The position numbers were made by a program, and so were the translations under genes. A stretch of 10,300 bases of DNA from a virus. Every line of letters starts with the position of its first letter. The first letter of the stretch is position 1. Positions 7,688-10,300 of the stretch are shown piece by piece. The stretch lies in the UHGV virus genome UHGV-0365264; one strand, written 5' to 3'. The notes beneath the pieces were generated by a model. That model searched no databases. It was not told where the DNA came from and saw nothing but the letters and a program-made list of their open reading frames with translations.

Positions 7688-8113
7688 ATGAAAAGCTTTT
7701 ACGTATTAATTTTAATTCTGGTTGCAAGCTTTGTTAGCGTCCCAGTTCAGGCGGTAACAGCTAAAAACTATGAGAAAGGAACTAAAGCTCAACAGAAATC
7801 AATATCTTACCTTTCATGTGCATTCTATGGCAGTAGCACACAATTAGATCCTAGCTACACGGAGCAAGTACCTACAGCCGATATCAAGATATTACAGAAA
7901 GCAGCTTACCACGCTTACAACGATGCGCTCTCATACTTTGGCTATGAGGAACCAGATCACGAACAACGCATAATTGATTATGCTGAATTTGTGGCGTCGC
8001 AAGAAGCTGTGTTATGGGATAAGCCGGGAATGAATGGAAAGCAGGTAACACTAATTGCTCGTTCTCTCTACAATGAGAGTAACTGTAACTTGTTACTGGA
8101 CTCAATTAAGTAG
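7688..8113 (+). CDS. Hypothetical secreted or periplasmic protein, 141 aa, with N-terminal signal peptide
   Basis: MKSFYVLILILVASFVSVPVQA|VTA has the n-h-c organisation of a signal peptide with an AxA-type cleavage site. GAGG lies 7 nt upstream of the ATG. AT-rich codon usage like the neighbouring cargo gene. Two Cys in the mature part. Confidence 0.7.
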   Translation: MKSFYVLILILVASFVSVPVQAVTAKNYEKGTKAQQKSISYLSCAFYGSSTQLDPSYTEQVPTADIKILQKAAYHAYNDALSYFGYEEPDHEQRIIDYAEFVASQEAVLWDKPGMNGKQVTLIARSLYNESNCNLLLDSIK

Positions 8114-8272
8114 GAAAAAGATGGTATTTTGCCCGTAGTTTCAACCTTAATCTCCGAACCTGTCGCAGAACGGGCGTTCACTCATCAAATAAACGCCACA
8201 CCTAACGCCTCACTGTACTCGTTGTTCAACCTTGCTGACGCCAGAACCAAGTTCAGACGCCAGCAACTTTTC

Positions 8273-8506
8273 TTAATGCAGCCAGCTGTCGTCTTCCCAC
8301 ACCTTCTGCATAATCTTCATCACTTGTTTTCTTTCTTCGTCCAGTTGCAGTCCGGTCAGTTCCACACCGTTAGAGCTACCTTTGCGGATGCGAATTACCA
8401 TTTTGGGATACAGGGGGCGCAGATTGCGGTAAAGCTCGGATTCAAGGGCGTCCAGGGTAGACTGGCTAATCTTCTGCTCTTTATCGATCATTATTTCAAT
8501 GCGCAT
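8273..8506 (-). CDS. DinI-family protein (DNA-damage-inducible protein I-like; possible Tum C-terminal-type module)
   Basis: MRIEIMIDKEQKISQSTLDALESELYRNLRPLYPKMVIRIRKGSSNGVELTGLQLDEERKQVMKIMQKVWEDDSWLH aligns along its length with E. coli DinI as recalled (MRIEVTIAK...ALAGELSRR...QETWESADDW). GAGGTG RBS upstream. Start taken at internal ATG 8504-8506 rather than the track start at 8578. Confidence 0.8.
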   Translation of the reverse strand: MRIEIMIDKEQKISQSTLDALESELYRNLRPLYPKMVIRIRKGSSNGVELTGLQLDEERKQVMKIMQKVWEDDSWLH

Positions 8507-8516
8507 AAAGGTCACC

Positions 8517-8705
8517 TCAGCTGATGACATCCATTGAGCGGTTGTATTCGTGGGTTCTGATTTTTGCCATGAGTTCATCAGTCAATTCAGAAACCCACTG
8601 CAGAGCCAGCCCCTTCTCTTCATCACTACACTCACTAGCCGCTACAAGCTTAAGAAAAAAATCAATGCGCTGGAGCTTCAAAGACTCCAAAAAATAGTCC
8701 TGCAT
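8517..8705 (-). CDS. Small hypothetical protein (62 aa), first gene of the LexA-box operon; possible antirepressor (Tum N-terminal-like) module
   Basis: AGGAGG lies 5 nt upstream of the ATG. Its TGA stop overlaps the RBS of the DinI-like gene, suggesting translational coupling. Sits immediately downstream of the LexA box. Confidence 0.6.
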   Translation of the reverse strand: MQDYFLESLKLQRIDFFLKLVAASECSDEEKGLALQWVSELTDELMAKIRTHEYNRSMDVIS

Positions 8706-8745
8706 CTTTCCTCCTATGACACCAAAGTAATACTGTATATATAAC

Positions 8746-8765
8746 CACTGTTTATATTTACAGTA
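8746..8765 (-). promoter_or_regulatory. LexA (SOS) box, with a second degenerate box overlapping at 8733-8748, in the promoter of the minus-strand operon
   Basis: cACTGTttatatttACAGTA is a perfect CTGT-N8-ACAG core with consensus-like flanks. The adjacent tACTGTatatataaCCAC has one good half-site. Candidate -35 TTTACA and a TA-rich -10 on the minus strand overlap or abut the boxes. Confidence 0.65.
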
Positions 8766-8857
8766 TATAATAATCTTACTGATGTAAAACGTTTTTTTAC
8801 GTTCATCAGCCTGATATGCCTGGTATTATTAAGAGCACGAATTGTTAACCCGCGTAA

Positions 8858-10300
8858 TTAATACAGGTTCCGCCACTTATCATCTTCCTGCAAACGCTGG
8901 TTCCGATAGAAGATACGCAGGCCTGCTCCTGACGGAATACTGCCGCCGCGAAGGAGTAAATCGACCTCTTTCTCGCTGCCATCAAATCCTCTGGACTTCA
9001 GTTCATAGACGAGCTGCTGTCGCTGATGGTCTGTAATTCGCTGTTTGTAGTCTTTACGCCGTTTCGGTTTCACCAGGCGTAACCTTGCAGCCAGTTCCCG
9101 GCGCTCTTTTTTGCTCATACTGTGCAAGTAATCGTGCAACTCCTTGTCATCCATGCGGGTAATGTCCGTTCTGGTGTCCCCATCAGCTGATTTATCTTTC
9201 TCCTGTTGGTTCAAATTTTCAGCAAGGGGACAGTTATTGCCACGAGTCCAAGGGGACAGTTATTGCCACGAGTCCAAGGGGCGCAAGCGCCCTGGTCGGC
9301 TGCCGCCTCCTGAACGTCAACGGCCTTACGAACCATTTTCCACTTCACTACATGAGTGCAGATCTTGCCCTCTGCAATGGGTGACCAGATGCCATAAATA
9401 CGAATACCGTGATCACCATAGGCGGTCGGCTCTTCGTTGATTTCATAAGCGGTTCTGATCAAGTGATATTTGCGGGGAACCAACACGCCGCCCTGCTTCA
9501 TAATGTAGGTGGCAAAACAGCCAGCATCAGCAGCAGCCAGAATGGCATCAAGACGCGGATCATCCAGTACCGGCGCACCTGCTTTTTTGTCACCCTGCTG
9601 CCTTGCCGCCTGACCAGCCAGCAATCGCAGTTCACGGTAAGCCTGACGCCCCGGAATGCCAAAGAAGCGGAATTGCTGAACACGATGCAGAGACGCCCAG
9701 GCATTAACGTATTCAGCGTTATCACGCAGGGATTTACCCGTTTCCTTGCTGATCTCGCCAGCCAGACCACGCCCGTCAATGTTCTTACTGATGTATTTCG
9801 CGATGTAGCTTGTCGGCGTTCCTTTGCGCGGGTTAATCAGCTCAGACTTAAAGCGTGGCCCCGTGTTATTGCCCAGTTCCTCGCGGTCTTCACGGATGGC
9901 AAACTTACGCAGTAATGCAGTGATGGCGCGGCGGTCTTTTTTACGCATGAAGCACATGAGATGCCAGTGCACAGTACCGTCATGATGCGGCTCAGCCACC
10001 CGCACGCCATACCACCGCAATCCGGCTTTGTGCATCGCCTTACGAAATGCAGCAAACATGCCGACCAGATAATCACTGCTTTGTCTTACCGTCGCATTTG
10101 TCCAGGTCGGGTTTGGTCTGCCGTTATTGAGCGTGGAATGGAAACGTGACGGACAGGTGATGGTGTAGAAAACGGCGCAGTCACCGCGCATTTCCGCGAT
10201 AAGCTCCAGACCTTTAACGCAGGCCATCATCTCATTGCGGCGATGTGCCGGGTTGCTGCTGCTGGCGTTTACCACATCTTCCATATCCAGCGTGTCTCCG
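8858..10300 (-). pseudogene. A: Rolling-circle replication initiator, P2 gpA family, split by a +26-bp tandem duplication; 5' end lies beyond the window
   Basis: All three RCR motifs are present: FYTITCP (motif 1), TVHWHLMCF (HUH) and SYIAKYISK (paired catalytic Tyr). The reading frame ends at TGA 9211-9213 just after the duplicated 26-mer. Removing one 26-bp copy joins this frame exactly to the downstream 118-codon ORF (8858-9214). Confidence 0.7.
9223..9281. repeat. Tandem direct repeat, 26 bp x 2 plus a 7-bp partial third copy
   Basis: caaggggacagttattgccacgagtc occurs at 9223-9248 and again identically at 9249-9274, followed by caagggg at 9275-9281. Confidence 0.95.

Noticed and set aside
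8129-8524. 131-aa plus-strand ORF
   Set aside because: It is antisense to the DinI-like gene, which has clear family similarity and an RBS.
8781-8811. Imperfect hairpin CTGATGtaAAACG-ttttttt-aCGTTCATCAG as a terminator for gene A
   Set aside because: The T-run is in the loop rather than 3' of the stem on either strand, so it does not fit a canonical intrinsic terminator. It may instead be part of the operon's promoter or UP-element region.
9223-9281. Tandem 26-bp repeat as a CRISPR array or replication iterons
   Set aside because: The copies are directly adjacent with no spacers, and there are only about 2.3 of them. They lie inside a coding frame whose continuity is restored by removing one copy, so a duplication is the simplest reading. 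An ori-related role is not excluded.
8842-9915. Plus-strand ORFs 8842-9036, 9144-9440 and 9409-9915, and minus-strand ORFs 9498-9779 and 9837-10076
   Set aside because: They are antisense to, or out of frame within, the gpA-like replication gene, with no independent support.
1-10300. tRNA genes, integrase or att sites, IS elements
   Set aside because: I found no cloverleaf-compatible sequences, recombinase-like ORFs or terminal inverted repeats in this window. Prophage ends are presumably outside it.

Overview
This window is a segment of a P2/186-family (peduovirus-like) prophage in a high-GC enterobacterial-type backbone, and it appears defective. Reading left to right: on the minus strand, a fragment of a gpD-like tail gene (running off the window start), a short tape-measure-like C-terminal fragment, a small-terminase gene (gpM-like) that ends early, the major capsid gene (gpN-like) and the scaffold gene (gpO-like). 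A short divergent late-promoter region follows, then the large terminase (gpP-like) and portal (gpQ-like) genes on the plus strand. After a bidirectional terminator comes an AT-rich cargo region: a 454-aa coiled-coil protein with two predicted transmembrane helices, a cos-like GC-rich site, and a 141-aa secreted protein. Next is a LexA-box-controlled two-gene operon ending in a DinI-family protein (Tum-like SOS module). The window ends in a rolling-circle replication initiator gene (gpA-like) that is split by a 26-bp tandem duplication. The lysis genes and almost all tail genes expected between M and D are absent. All homology calls are from motif and sequence recognition by eye and from recalled P2 sequences; no database search was run. 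The best candidate for an undescribed system is the AT-rich cargo between the portal and replication genes, especially the 454-aa membrane protein.
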